64,000 bases of DNA, taken from a bacterium. GTDB lineage: Bacteria > UBA8248. The stretch is from contig CBDBBI010000010.1 in the NCBI GenBank assembly GCA_965202625.1, positions 768,001-832,000 of the forward strand, read 5' to 3'. The number at the start of each line of letters is the position of its first letter. Position 1 is the first letter of the stretch. The notes under the pieces are model-generated. The model was not told the origin of the DNA. It made no database searches and worked only from the letters and a program-made list of their open reading frames with translations. A program made the translations under genes and the position numbers. Positions 43,758-54,337 of the stretch are shown here, one piece after another.

Positions 43758-44966
43758 TTAATCGGCGACGGGTTCCGGGTTTTGTCTTGGCAAAAACAAA
43801 GCCAAAACGAGGCCTACGAGCAAAACAATGGGAATCACCCAAAAAGCATTCAGCATCCCTACCCTCTCGCCGAGTAAAGAAATGGGAATCGCCGTTAATC
43901 CGGCGAGTATCCACCCCCCGCCCAGCATCAATGAACTTGCGAAACCTCTGTGTTCCGGCAGGTATTCCTGTGCCAATGCAACGGATACTCCCATTGGCAC
44001 AAAAACCCCTGCGCCAATGATTGCGAGAGACATATAAGCCCACTCCAAGGGAGACAACTGAAACGCCAACATTCCCGCCAAAGCGCATCCAATGCCGATA
44101 GTAATAACTTTTGGCTTTCCATATCTATCACCCATAACACCCCCAAGCATCACACCGATGGCGCCTGAGAAAAAAATAATCGCGTTAGCCATGCCGCCCC
44201 GCCAAAGCCCTAAACCTTTGTCAAAAAATACCGTGGGTAGAAAACCCCCTAAATTCGCCAGAGTCGTCCCCCGGACAACGGCAATCCCAAACAGAAGAAA
44301 AATGGGGCCACGAACGTGTCGAAACGCCGCGATCAATCCCTCGCGCTCATCCCCCTTGTCGCCTTTTTTCTTTCGCCGGGGAGAAGCGGGCATTCCCAAC
44401 TTCACCCCTGCCATCGCAACCAGAGCCACAATGACAAACACCCATAAATGCTCCATGCCCATCGTTTCCGCTATGAGGATGGCGATTAAGGGGCCAATCG
44501 CAAAACCAAGCCTTCCACCCGTTACAAACAGGCTGACAATAAAACCGGCATGCTCAGAACTCAGCCTGCCCGCGCGGGCAGCCATATCCGGATGACATAG
44601 TCCAAAAAGAATTCCACCCGTGGTGAGAGCGACCGCCAAGCCATATACGCTTGCCACCCATCCAATCGCCGTAAAAGCAATGGAACTTCCCACCAGACCT
44701 ACAGCGAGCCAAGGCAACCAAGGCCACCGGTCGATGACAACGCCGGTAATGGGTTGCGTGATTGAGCCGCTCACTGCTTGAACCGAAATCAGAAAACCGA
44801 CCGTCGTGATGCTGATGTCCAATTTTTCTTTTAACAAAGGGATAAGGGGCGCAAAGAAATTCGCTTGGCTATCGACCACAAAATGCGCAAAGAATATGAA
44901 ACCTGCTCCCGTCCAGGGAAAAGCATGAAAAGATGGCTTTCTCAGTTTGGTGGGGTTTTTCCTCAT
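43758..44966 (-). CDS. MFS transporter (Fsr-like)
   Basis: HFVVD, QP..G...DR, HPD, SLFVTGG.LG.AIGP and AQEYLP motifs. Confidence 0.88.
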   Translation of the reverse strand: MRKNPTKLRKPSFHAFPWTGAGFIFFAHFVVDSQANFFAPLIPLLKEKLDISITTVGFLISVQAVSGSITQPITGVVIDRWPWLPWLAVGLVGSSIAFTAIGWVASVYGLAVALTTGGILFGLCHPDMAARAGRLSSEHAGFIVSLFVTGGRLGFAIGPLIAILIAETMGMEHLWVFVIVALVAMAGVKLGMPASPRRKKKGDKGDEREGLIAAFRHVRGPIFLLFGIAVVRGTTLANLGGFLPTVFFDKGLGLWRGGMANAIIFFSGAIGVMLGGVMGDRYGKPKVITIGIGCALAGMLAFQLSPLEWAYMSLAIIGAGVFVPMGVSVALAQEYLPEHRGFASSLMLGGGWILAGLTAIPISLLGERVGMLNAFWVIPIVLLVGLVLALFLPRQNPEPVAD

Positions 44967-45970
44967 GTAGATCTATCCGGGGCCAAGCCATTTAGCGTCC
45001 GTTCCACCGCTTCTTGATAACTTTCGCCTTTCAGCACCGGATCTATCATCAAAATGGGCATGTCTACCCCGGCATCCCGAAAGGCACTCAATCGCTCCCG
45101 GCACCTCTGCGACGGACCAACAAGGCAAAACTCATCAATGATCGCATCCGTAATTCCATCTCGCAAAGCCTTCTGATCGCCGCGCTCGAAAGCCGTTTTT
45201 ATGCGCTCTGCCTCTCGCTCATAGCCACTCTCTCGAATGGAGCGATTATATGCGGGAAGCCCCAGCCAATACGTCAAAGTTCGTCGGGCGGCTTCTCTGG
45301 CCAAGATGAGATCATCGCATAGAAAAGTATGTATTCCGAGGTCGATCTCTATATGCCGGGGGTTCCTGCCCGCTCGCTTCGCTCCTTTGTCTCTCGCCTC
45401 CCAAAAAGAGCCCATCCTTGACAGTGGAACCATATATGGCAACAATCCATCGGCAATCTCTCCGCCAAGCGCCGTCATCTTGGGGCCGACAGCCGCCATG
45501 TATACGCGAATCGGATGCTTTGAGCGCCTGAACTTCAACTCCTCGCCCTGATAAGTCTGAAGAGGCAAAGGATAGACGGAATCACCCTCTAATACGCCTT
45601 TCACTTCACCCACATACTTGCGCATATCCTCAAGAGGATTCCCCATCTTTATTCCCATCGCCTCAATCCGGGGCGGATGTCCAAGCCCAAGACCTAAAAT
45701 ATAGCGGCCGCCGGAGATTTCGCTGATCGTTACGGCGCCCTGAGCAGCCAAAGAGGGGTGGCGCAAATAAATGATCGCGACAGAGCTGCCAATCTCGATC
45801 TTGGACGTGTAGGTCGCCATGAATTGATTAATGGCCAAAGCGTCCGTGAGGGATTCGGTCGTATAGACACGATGATATCCCAGTTCTTCACCAAGCCTTG
45901 CGACCTCTCCCATACCTCTGAATGAAATATCGGCGAACGTGAGAAGCCAAAAACCGAGGCGGTGGGTCAT
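44963..45970 (-). CDS. LLM-class flavin-dependent oxidoreductase
   Basis: ISGGRYILGLGLG and AAVGPKMTALGGEIADG motifs. Confidence 0.9.
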   Translation of the reverse strand: MTHRLGFWLLTFADISFRGMGEVARLGEELGYHRVYTTESLTDALAINQFMATYTSKIEIGSSVAIIYLRHPSLAAQGAVTISEISGGRYILGLGLGHPPRIEAMGIKMGNPLEDMRKYVGEVKGVLEGDSVYPLPLQTYQGEELKFRRSKHPIRVYMAAVGPKMTALGGEIADGLLPYMVPLSRMGSFWEARDKGAKRAGRNPRHIEIDLGIHTFLCDDLILAREAARRTLTYWLGLPAYNRSIRESGYEREAERIKTAFERGDQKALRDGITDAIIDEFCLVGPSQRCRERLSAFRDAGVDMPILMIDPVLKGESYQEAVERTLNGLAPDRST

Positions 45971-46219
45971 ATATGCAAGTCCCTCTTCGACAAACAAATT
46001 CCCATCATGACGATTGGCGTAATTGACTCCCGGCAATCAGAGCACCGGCCTGGCTGATGGGCGCAGCCTTGATGAGAAAACGTCAAAACGGCATACCTGA
46101 GGAGCTCCCCTGGAGGCGCGCAATCTGACAGCATATGACCCATCCGTTTTTCTTGTATCCGTCTTCGTTTCCGCGCGACGCTTTGCGCCCTCCTCAATAT
46201 CACTTGTCACATTATCCCT

Positions 46220-46768
46220 TCACCTTAACGGGAGCGCTTCCCCCTCAGGGACTTCGAGTTCAAACGCGTTGAGCGTCATGGAGACAGTCGTATAATGCCC
46301 AATGAGACCGATCAACTCTACGAGCCCGCGCTCCCCAAAATGATCGAGCGCATTTTGATAGATTTCTTCATCCACAAAGTGATTTTCGTGCAACGTCTTA
46401 CAAAAATCATAGAGCGCGCACTCATCCGGGGCCATTCGAGCGGGGCGCTCATTCTTTTGGATATCGCTGATAATCTCAGGGGACAACCCCGCCTTCCTCG
46501 CCAAGGGCTCATGGGCGTACCATTCGTATTGCGCGCTCCAGAAGCGGGCGGTAATCAAAATCGCAAACTCGCTCAGCCGTGGGGCAAACAAAGAGTCATA
46601 TCGCAGATAACGCCCCGTTTCCTCCAATTTTTCGAGATAGTCCGGGCTTTTCAGCCACGCCAGAAACGGGCCTCTCACGCCTCCCCTGGGGCCAGAGGCG
46701 ATTTTTTCATACAGATTTCTCTGTGCTTGCGTCATCCGTTCTGTCGGCGTTTCCATTATGCGGGACAT
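46220..46768 (-). CDS. Carboxymuconolactone decarboxylase family protein (no CxxC)
   Basis: GPRGGVRGPF.AWL.SP, EFAILITAR and YEWYAH motifs. Confidence 0.88.
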   Translation of the reverse strand: MSRIMETPTERMTQAQRNLYEKIASGPRGGVRGPFLAWLKSPDYLEKLEETGRYLRYDSLFAPRLSEFAILITARFWSAQYEWYAHEPLARKAGLSPEIISDIQKNERPARMAPDECALYDFCKTLHENHFVDEEIYQNALDHFGERGLVELIGLIGHYTTVSMTLNAFELEVPEGEALPLR

Positions 46769-46986
46769 TAGGCGTCTATTCTCCTCTTGACTCCGAAGGC
46801 GCGAGCGGTGCACATTCACCTCCTACATAAGAAATGTGGAGGTTGCAAGATAACGCTTAGTCTGATAAGTATTCTACAAGGCTGCGGCCGGCGCGGCCAA
46901 CCCAAGTTTTCTGGAAATGCAGTTGAAGTGAAACGACGCATCAGATTCACCTCTCTCCATTTCCAAAACATGCAGGAGATGCACAA

Positions 46987-47202
46987 GTGCCAGAAGGAAC
47001 AGTAAAGTGGTTCAATGACGCAAAGGGCTATGGTTTCATTTCCCAAGCGGACGGGGACGATGTTTTCGTTCACTTCTCCGCCATCCAGGGAGACGGGTTC
47101 AAAACCCTGGAGGAAGGACAGAACGTCAATTTCGAAATTGTCCAGGGCCCGAAAGGGCTTCAGGCGTCCAACGTTACAAAAGGGGGTGAATCCGTAGAAT
47201 AG
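46987..47202 (+). CDS. cspA: Cold-shock protein
   Basis: [15 protein letters not shown] and DVFVHFSAI (RNP1/RNP2). Confidence 0.96.
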   Translation: MPEGTVKWFNDAKGYGFISQADGDDVFVHFSAIQGDGFKTLEEGQNVNFEIVQGPKGLQASNVTKGGESVE

Positions 47203-47222
47203 CGCTCAGAGACGAAACTTAT

Positions 47223-47255
47223 AACGACGGCTCACTTTGAGCCGTCGTTTTTTTT
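47223..47255 (+). terminator. Rho-independent terminator after the cold-shock gene
   Basis: Stem aacgacggctc / gagccgtcgtt followed by a T run. Confidence 0.85.
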
Positions 47256-47360
47256 GTCTGTCCATCTGCTTCTTCCCCCCTTGCGAGAGGATGAAGCCTT
47301 CATGTTATAACCCCATCCGTAGCTTCGGCTGGACAGACCAATACGGTGGAAAGGCATCTC

Positions 47361-48464
47361 ATGCGTGACGTCATCATCATCGGCGGCGGCATCATGGGTC
47401 TCTTGATGGCGCGATCGCTCGGCAAGGCAGGCAGAAGGGTTGCCATCCTCGACAAGGGCCGGCTGGGCGCGGGCGCCACGTGGGCCTCCGCAGGAATCGT
47501 CTCCGCCCACGGCACGAGCGGCTCTGCCGACGTCGCGGGCGCGCCAGGTCTCAAGCTCCGAACCGCCTCTTTTGCTCAATGGCCTCTTCTGGCGAACGAT
47601 GTCGCCGAGGAGAGCGGGACTGACGTTGAGTATCGCCTCACAGGCGTTCTCCTGATAGCATTGGACGAAGAAGAGGCGGGCGCCATCCAAGAGAAGGCGC
47701 GCGCGCGCGAATGGGGCGACACCGAGTGGATGCCGCCGAACGCTCTGAGAAGCGAGGAACCTTGCCTGTCGGATACCCTATCGGGCGCCCTGCTCGTGGC
47801 GGGAGGAAACCTTGAAGTCCGAAAGCTGGGGCCCGCCCTGGAGATCGCCTGCCGACGCCTGGGGGTGGAGATCATGGCGGGACGCGCGGCGATGGAAGTG
47901 GTGAGCGACGGGGCGAGAGTCAAAGGCGTTCGCACGGACGCCGGAATACTTGAGGCGCCCGCCGTCTTCATCTGCGCGGGAGTCGGCAGCCCTCGTCTGC
48001 ACGGCGCCGTCCCGCAGGCGCCCATCACCCCTCAGCGCGGACAGATGCTCGCCCTGGACGCCCGCGCGGTCGGCCTCAGGCGCGTGGCGCTGACCGTCAA
48101 CGACCCCTATCTCGTGCCACGCGCGGACGGCCGCCTCATTCTGGGCGCCACGCGCGAGTTCGCCGGCGAGGACCCGAGGCTCACCGTAGGCGGCCTCTCC
48201 TGGTTGCTTCGAGAGGGCGCCCGCATCGCCCCCGCCATCGCCGCCTGCGCCATTGAGGAGACCTGGAGCGGCTTCAGACCCACCACGTCCGACTACCTGC
48301 CCCTCATTGGTCGGGGCGGCCTGGAAGGTCTGTATTTCTGCACCGGGCATGGGCCCTCCGGCATCGGGCCCGCACCCGCCAGCGTCCGCCTGGCGGCGGC
48401 GCTCTATCTGGGAGACGCCCCCCCGATCGACCCCGCTCCCTACGACCCCATGCGTTTCGCCTAG
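47361..48464 (+). CDS. FAD-dependent glycine oxidase ThiO-like / DAO-family oxidoreductase
   Basis: GGGIMG, ATWASAG, PQRGQM, YLVPRADGRLILGAT, WSGFRP and TGHG motifs. Confidence 0.88.
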   Translation: MRDVIIIGGGIMGLLMARSLGKAGRRVAILDKGRLGAGATWASAGIVSAHGTSGSADVAGAPGLKLRTASFAQWPLLANDVAEESGTDVEYRLTGVLLIALDEEEAGAIQEKARAREWGDTEWMPPNALRSEEPCLSDTLSGALLVAGGNLEVRKLGPALEIACRRLGVEIMAGRAAMEVVSDGARVKGVRTDAGILEAPAVFICAGVGSPRLHGAVPQAPITPQRGQMLALDARAVGLRRVALTVNDPYLVPRADGRLILGATREFAGEDPRLTVGGLSWLLREGARIAPAIAACAIEETWSGFRPTTSDYLPLIGRGGLEGLYFCTGHGPSGIGPAPASVRLAAALYLGDAPPIDPAPYDPMRFA

Positions 48465-48875
48465 CGAATGCGGGCAAGCACGCGCGACAAAAAACAAATG
48501 TGTAAAAATGAAGAAAAACCTAATTTAATACTTAGCGTATATTGATATAAATAGATACTTAATCCCTTCTCATAAATTTTCGCATATTTTCACCTGCTTC
48601 TCATTCCGGCTTCATCCCTTCGCTGTATGTAGCCGGACAAAAATAATGGCGAATGGCCTGGAAAAAGCCGATCAAAGAGGGCTGTCGAGCGTGATGGCGG
48701 CGGGGACGTCCCCGCGGACGCGGGGATGTCCTTAATCAAGACAGAAAACGAACGAAGCGTCAGGTGGATGACGACTGAGAAATAAAATTTCTATAGGATA
48801 ATTTCGTCAATTAGCGATTTATGCAATAATGCCGACGTCTGAGAGAATGGGCCCCGCCGGGCGACTTTGCGATTC

Positions 48876-49028
48876 TCATATCCCCTCAAGCAACTCCTTC
48901 CAGCGTTTTCGGTTGCTCGGCTGCGTGTTGTATACGTCGAGTTGTCTTCCCACGTTTTCCAAAAAGTTTCTTCTACCAGGCTCGCCGGTGAGGGAAAGAG
49001 CAACTCGAATGCGTTTATCGCGTAGCAC
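48876..49028 (-). pseudogene. 50-aa ORF resembling a truncated TIR-domain N-terminus
   Basis: GGGAGG RBS; MLRDKRIRVALSLTGEPGRRNFLENVGRQL resembles the bacterial TIR start pattern (F.VALSF.GE.R.FVE.V). Confidence 0.3.
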
Positions 49029-49252
49029 CCTCCCTTCTTTCTAAATTCTGAAATGCGTCCCCAGTGCTTGGAACACGGCGGCTGCGACGCTAAGGCTCCG
49101 GTCGCCTCGCGCCCAGGCGAGCCGGAATGGACCCCCGCCCTGTAGAATCTGCCCGCACCAAAACGGCTCCACCGGACACGCGCGCACCAAAGGGGACGGG
49201 GGATTCCCGGCGTGCCCGCATGAGAGCGAGGAAGGAGGATTTGTCGTCTGCT

Positions 49253-49573
49253 TTAATCAGCTCGCCCGAATGAAACTTCCTCGCGCAAGGGTTTTCTGAA
49301 AGCCAGGGCCGCCACGTCGAAGAACTCGATGGTGGCGCCGTTCGCCTTGCGGAAGCCGCGCTGCTTCTCGGAGTTGAACCAGGCGTCGGCGGTCGCCCGG
49401 TCCTCAAAATGATAGACCGAGGCCATGCGGCCCGTCTCCTCGTTCATGCCCCAGGTCTTGTCCATGAGGCCGGGGATTTCGTTCTCAAAGAAGGGAACGG
49501 ATTTTTCCTTATCCTCCCGCACCTCTCGGAGCGTGGGCGCGACAGCGGGATAGTATAAAATCACCATGATCAT
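49253..49573 (-). CDS. YdhR-like dimeric alpha/beta-barrel (putative monooxygenase)
   Basis: IPGLMDKTW...ASVYHFEDRATADAW; GAGGAGG RBS. Confidence 0.7.
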   Translation of the reverse strand: MIMVILYYPAVAPTLREVREDKEKSVPFFENEIPGLMDKTWGMNEETGRMASVYHFEDRATADAWFNSEKQRGFRKANGATIEFFDVAALAFRKPLREEVSFGRAD

Positions 49574-49734
49574 GGCGGCATCCTCCTCAGGCGTTTACAT
49601 GGCGGCGGCGCCCCTCTTCTCGCTGGACGCTGAGCGATGCAGGCAGGATAGCCCGGCGAAGGCGGCGGCGCCAAGCGGCGGGCGGCGCGCTGAAAGCCTA
49701 AGGGCGAAACCTTACGCGAGTGAGAGAGGGACAG

Positions 49735-50457
49735 ATGAACGAACAAACCTATCAGGCCATCTACGAGCGGGCGCGGGAGAACGTCGAGAAGGCGGGGGGA
49801 GACGCCAACCCGTTCGACGTCTTCGGGCCCGCACATCCGGGGACGGCGGCGGCGCGGGGCGGGATACGAGCGGTTCGGCCTTAAGATACGCCTTTTAATG
49901 ACGGACGAGGCAGACACGGGCTTCGACTTCACGGGCAAGAGGCTGCGCGGGCCTATCATGACCGCCTTGATGAGCGAGAACACCCTGGGCCGCCACCGGC
50001 GCGACGCCTTCCGAGCGGTGGCCGAGGGGGCGGCGCGCTTCGGCACCCAATACTGGATGGGCGACTGCGCGGATGCGACCTGGCGGAAAGTCGCGGCCCT
50101 CAGCGGTACGAATCGTAAAACCCTGGAGAGAGTGCGGGCGCGTTGGCCGTAGGCGTGGACTTTGAGTCGGGCTTCTACAGCGAGGAGTGGCGCCCCGCAG
50201 GCGGCGGACGCCCTCGCCAAATACGTCCGCGCCACCGGGCTGCCCTTCGTCTTCAAGGCGTGCAGCTCCGCCGAGAGCGCGCGCATCGCCCGGGGCGCCA
50301 GGGGGACGCTTTCGGGCTGGGGCTGGTGCTCGGCCTGTTCGCCGATGGCGTGGCGCGCATGCTGGAGCTGTTGAACGAGGAGTTGAAGCGGGCCATGATC
50401 ATGGCGGGATGCGCAAACATCGCCTCCATCTCCGAGGAGATACCCATTCCCCGGTAG
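49735..50457 (+). pseudogene. FMN-dependent alpha-hydroxy-acid dehydrogenase-like pseudogene
   Basis: Fragments GKRLRGPIMTALM / TGLPFVFK / GVARMLELLNEELKRAMIMAGC in shifting frames; much shorter than the family norm. Confidence 0.7.
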
Positions 50458-50557
50458 GGGGGAATTCACATGAACCACCCCTGTCCTGTCCATATGAAAG
50501 GACTACGGGATATTAGGTGATTCCACCGATGCCACCTGTATTGAAGATGCTTGCCCA

Positions 50558-51697
50558 TCATTTCTTCACCAAATTAAATTCAAGGCAACTTTGAACTACG
50601 ATTTCCTGAATTACTCCTGATAATCTGCCATCAACTAAAATTGCCTCAAACCTTTCCAGTAGAGTGGGGATATTGATAATTTCTTCAATGCAATCCATAT
50701 ACCTTTGCACAACGTTATTCACATGGTAGAGACACTTCGCCTGTTCTTGAACTTTCCTCCTAATTACCTCTATTTCGTCAGTGGTCTTTACCACGAAAGT
50801 AATTGGATATCGCTGCACTTTATCTATATCAAGAAAGTATTTCCCTACATCTACGGTTTCAGTGACCTGGAAAAATCGCCCGAAAGGTTTCATCACAAAG
50901 TCAATTCCGCCATCGTTGGCATTGGTCCTACCCGTCTTGTATAAGGCCAAAGGTTCTTCTGTAAGTTCGGTTGGAGACCAGCCCCAAAAAATAGCCTGAT
51001 CTGCGTAATACTCCTTGAGTATGGCGTAGCTGACTATCTCATAAATACGAGCATCTACATTAGGTTTCATCAAACTCTCGATAAACTCAACAGATTGGGA
51101 ATTATTTTTCTCTTTTATTTGGCCTATTTGCTCACATTGATCTATAAACGCATAAAATGCCGATTCTCGAGCTACAATGTAAGCCTCTATTATCTCTTTA
51201 GTTGCTTGGGCAATATTAAAAATATTCGGTCCAATTTTTATTTTAATTAGGTTCTCGTTGAACCAATACCTATTGGTTGAGGCATCTCTGATTATTGGAA
51301 TGTACCCACAGGTTGGAAAATATTTCTTAAACTCTTCATTCAGACGATGATTAAGAGCATGGTTCTGTAATTTACTCCCAAATGGTAGCTCCCTTTGCCT
51401 TGTTAATAGAGCACTAAACCTCGCTCCTCCATATCCTTCGTAGGATTTTTCCGCGTGAAATCCACCATTTATATAATCTTCTATGAGGACATAAATTGCA
51501 TAGTGATTCGCGAAGCCAGCTCTCGCTTTTGAACCTCTGTTTGCTGCACGTGTTTTGATGTTCAGGTACTGGATCAATTCGCTTTTTTCAAAAATATCAG
51601 GAGTCTTTGCACCAAAATGGTTCCTTAGTATCTCGTTAATTTTTTCTGTAAATCTGTGCCTAAACTTTGACATTAAAAAAACCTTCTTGATACTCAT
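50558..51697 (-). CDS. Putative type II restriction endonuclease (AvaIII/NsiI-like)
   Basis: 379 aa, low GC, overlaps the MTase stop codon; motif KTGRTNANDGGIDF...FFQVTE. Confidence 0.75.
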   Translation of the reverse strand: MSIKKVFLMSKFRHRFTEKINEILRNHFGAKTPDIFEKSELIQYLNIKTRAANRGSKARAGFANHYAIYVLIEDYINGGFHAEKSYEGYGGARFSALLTRQRELPFGSKLQNHALNHRLNEEFKKYFPTCGYIPIIRDASTNRYWFNENLIKIKIGPNIFNIAQATKEIIEAYIVARESAFYAFIDQCEQIGQIKEKNNSQSVEFIESLMKPNVDARIYEIVSYAILKEYYADQAIFWGWSPTELTEEPLALYKTGRTNANDGGIDFVMKPFGRFFQVTETVDVGKYFLDIDKVQRYPITFVVKTTDEIEVIRRKVQEQAKCLYHVNNVVQRYMDCIEEIINIPTLLERFEAILVDGRLSGVIQEIVVQSCLEFNLVKK

Positions 51698-52518
51698 CCA
51701 CTTTTTCGCATGTATCTTTTTGTGGGACTTTGAATAGGTATTCCATTGAGAGAATTTTGAATTCCCAGCCGGCGAAGACCAATTCTTACGTACTCTTCTT
51801 GCAATTCAATACCAATCGTTTTTCGCTTGAGTTTTTTGGCAACAGCCGAAGTCGTGAAAGTTCCCGAAAAAGGATCCATTACCCAATCCCCCTGACAACT
51901 GCTTGCCCTGACAATTCTCTCCAAGAGTGCTTCAGGCTTCTGGCTTGGATGTTCTTCATATTCGGCCATGCGATAGCGTACTCTGGGCAGAGGCCAGACA
52001 TTTCCTGGGATTTTATGGGTGTTATATGGAGCGGGCACAGGCTTCCGATAGTCGATTAAATTCCTTCTGGCCCCCGTTTTGGCTTCAATGAGAATATCGT
52101 CTGCATTGAAAGTGTAGTTGTTCTTGTCTTTGACGCAATGCAAAATCGGCTCATAAAGGGAACCGAAGTATTTTTTCGCCTGCACTCCAGAGCTGTCATA
52201 GCTCCACACGATTCTTGAGAGAATATGCACTCGCCCTCTTAGGTAAATGTCGATATATGGCATTGCCTGAGTGCTGGCCATGAGATACAGCGTGCCTGTT
52301 GGTTTTAATTTCCTGACACACAGTTCAAGCCACCTTTCGCACCATTGGGCATATTCTACCTCCGATGGCCATTTATCCAGAAAACCGGAAAATTTCTTCC
52401 CGATATTGTATGGGGGGTCGGCGAATATCAACGATATGGACTCATCATCGATCCCCTGCAACACCTCAATGGCATCGCCCCAAAATACTCTATGGTCGAC
52501 GGTCCCGAATTTCATCAC
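51694..52518 (-). CDS. yhdJ: Adenine-specific DNA methyltransferase, beta class (YhdJ-like)
   Basis: ADPPYNIGK, YDSSGVQAK, RVRYRM.EYE.HPSQKPEALLERI and DPFSGTFTT motifs. Confidence 0.9.
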   Translation of the reverse strand: MMKFGTVDHRVFWGDAIEVLQGIDDESISLIFADPPYNIGKKFSGFLDKWPSEVEYAQWCERWLELCVRKLKPTGTLYLMASTQAMPYIDIYLRGRVHILSRIVWSYDSSGVQAKKYFGSLYEPILHCVKDKNNYTFNADDILIEAKTGARRNLIDYRKPVPAPYNTHKIPGNVWPLPRVRYRMAEYEEHPSQKPEALLERIVRASSCQGDWVMDPFSGTFTTSAVAKKLKRKTIGIELQEEYVRIGLRRLGIQNSLNGIPIQSPTKRYMRKSG

Positions 52519-52783
52519 CTGAGTACCATTTCCATGGGTTTCTCCCCCTCAATTTCCTTCCGTCATTTTATCTCACAGACTTAAAGTAGAGGATTACTCC
52601 CGTCAGCCACATGGGATCAAAAACTCTTTCCTCATGCTAAGTGTGCAAATCCTGATTTCATATTGAGCGAATGGTTCGTGGCAATTCCCTAGGCACCAAA
52701 TTAAAAAATAGCACAATTAAGAAAATCAGTTTTTGGAAAAAGCGATCGACTTCCTAAACATTAGCAGTGCCGCCAATTTAATT

Positions 52784-53878
52784 TTAGAACGGAACCGCTT
52801 CCGGCAGAAGGGGCAGGAGATACTTTCCAAAATTTTTGGCCTCGGCATCGTGCGGCCAGCCGGAGAGGATAAAGGTAGTGGCTCCGATATCGATGTATTC
52901 GCGCATGGCGTCGGCTACCACTTGCGGGCTGCCCACGAGCATCGTGCCCGCCCCCTGGCGCACGAGGTTGACGCCGGAGAAAAGCGCCGGGCCGTGCCAG
53001 AGCCTGCCTTCCGCCGTCATGGCGTTCATGCGCTGCTGGGAGACGGACTCCACCTCGCCGGCGACCTCGCCGGTGACGGATGAAGTCTCGCCGTAGGAAG
53101 CCGTGCCCGCGATGATCTCCTCCGCCTCCCTTTTCGCCTGCGCGTCATCCTCCCGAACGAGAACGTGGAACCGCACGCCCAGCCTGAGGTCTCGGCCATA
53201 GACCTCGCGCGCCATATTCCGAACTTCACCGTATTCCTCCTCTATCTGCCAGGGCGGCTCCCCCCACTTCAGAAACACGTCGGCGTGCTTGGCGATGACT
53301 CTCTTGGCGGCGGGCGAGCTTCCGCCGAAATAGAGCGGCGGACCGCCCCTGCGCGCGGGGCCGGGAAAGACGAAGCCGTCCTTCACCCGGTAGTGCGCGC
53401 CTTCGTGGTTCACTCGCCCCTCCTCCGCCCAGAACGCGCGCGCGACCTCGAGAAACTCGTCCGCCCGCTCGTAGCGCGCGTCATGATCCGCCCAGTCGCC
53501 ATAGCGTCTCGCGTCCACCGAGGAACCACCCGGCACGACGTTGACCGTCAGCCTGCCGCCCGAGATGAAGTCCAGCGTGTTCGCCTGCTGCACGGCGAAG
53601 CTCGGCGTGGTGAGGCCGGGCCGGACGGCCACGCAGAATTTGATGCGCTCCGTCTCGCGCGCGATGGCGGCGGCCAGAAGCCAGCCGTCTGAGCAAGAGG
53701 TGTTGCACGGAATGAGCATGTTCGTGAGGCCGTTCGCCTCCGCCGTCCGCGCCACGTGGACGAGATAGTCAATCTCGGGCGGAATCTCCACCTCGCCGGT
53801 ACCGAGGCGCGTGGCGTCTCCCCTCCGGTTCGAGGGCAGATACCAGGCGTATTCAATGACGTTTCGCTTCTCGTTCAT
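52784..53878 (-). CDS. LLM-class flavin monooxygenase, SsuD-like
   Basis: WYLP...GD, VAVRPG, SGGRLTVNVV.G, YFGGSS and LVGSP.VADAMREY...FILSG.PH motifs. Confidence 0.88.
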   Translation of the reverse strand: MNEKRNVIEYAWYLPSNRRGDATRLGTGEVEIPPEIDYLVHVARTAEANGLTNMLIPCNTSCSDGWLLAAAIARETERIKFCVAVRPGLTTPSFAVQQANTLDFISGGRLTVNVVPGGSSVDARRYGDWADHDARYERADEFLEVARAFWAEEGRVNHEGAHYRVKDGFVFPGPARRGGPPLYFGGSSPAAKRVIAKHADVFLKWGEPPWQIEEEYGEVRNMAREVYGRDLRLGVRFHVLVREDDAQAKREAEEIIAGTASYGETSSVTGEVAGEVESVSQQRMNAMTAEGRLWHGPALFSGVNLVRQGAGTMLVGSPQVVADAMREYIDIGATTFILSGWPHDAEAKNFGKYLLPLLPEAVPF

Positions 53879-53920
53879 AAAACGCACCGACCATTCGGTA
53901 GATACAAAATTTTTCCCAAG

Positions 53921-54337
53921 CTACTCCAGGGGCTTCAATTTCAACGCAGTACCGCTCGCCACCAGAAAAAGCATCCCCTTGCCCTTTCCGCTGAACTCGT
54001 TGTAATCCAGGTTGACCCCTAGTACGGCGTCCGCGCCCACCGAGAGAGCTTCCTGTTTCAACTCCATGAGCACTCTCTGCCGGGCGTCACGCAAGACATT
54101 CTGGGTGGCCTTGCTTCGCCCGCCGAAAATGTCAGTCATGCCCGCAAAAAAATCGCGAAAAATGTTCATTCCGAACGCGCATTCTGCGGAGACGATCTCG
54201 ATCTCACGCTCTATCTCTCGATTGGCGACGGAAAAGGCTGTCGTCAGCGTAATGCGGCGTTGATCCGCTGCTTCTTTGTTGTCACCGCCTCGCTTCCGCC
54301 GCCTCGCTTCCAAATCTACCTCTATCATGAGACTCAT
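53921..54337 (-). CDS. YbjQ (UPF0145) family protein; upstream zinc ribbon is frameshifted
   Basis: GMNIFRDFFAGMTDIFGGRS, GADAVLGVNLDY and LVASGTA motifs. Confidence 0.85.
   Translation of the reverse strand: MSLMIEVDLEARRRKRGGDNKEAADQRRITLTTAFSVANREIEREIEIVSAECAFGMNIFRDFFAGMTDIFGGRSKATQNVLRDARQRVLMELKQEALSVGADAVLGVNLDYNEFSGKGKGMLFLVASGTALKLKPLE

Noticed and set aside
48500-48790. CRISPR array or dif site in the AT-rich intergenic region
   Set aside because: Only one repeat-like unit, no spacers, and a poor match to XerC/XerD arms.
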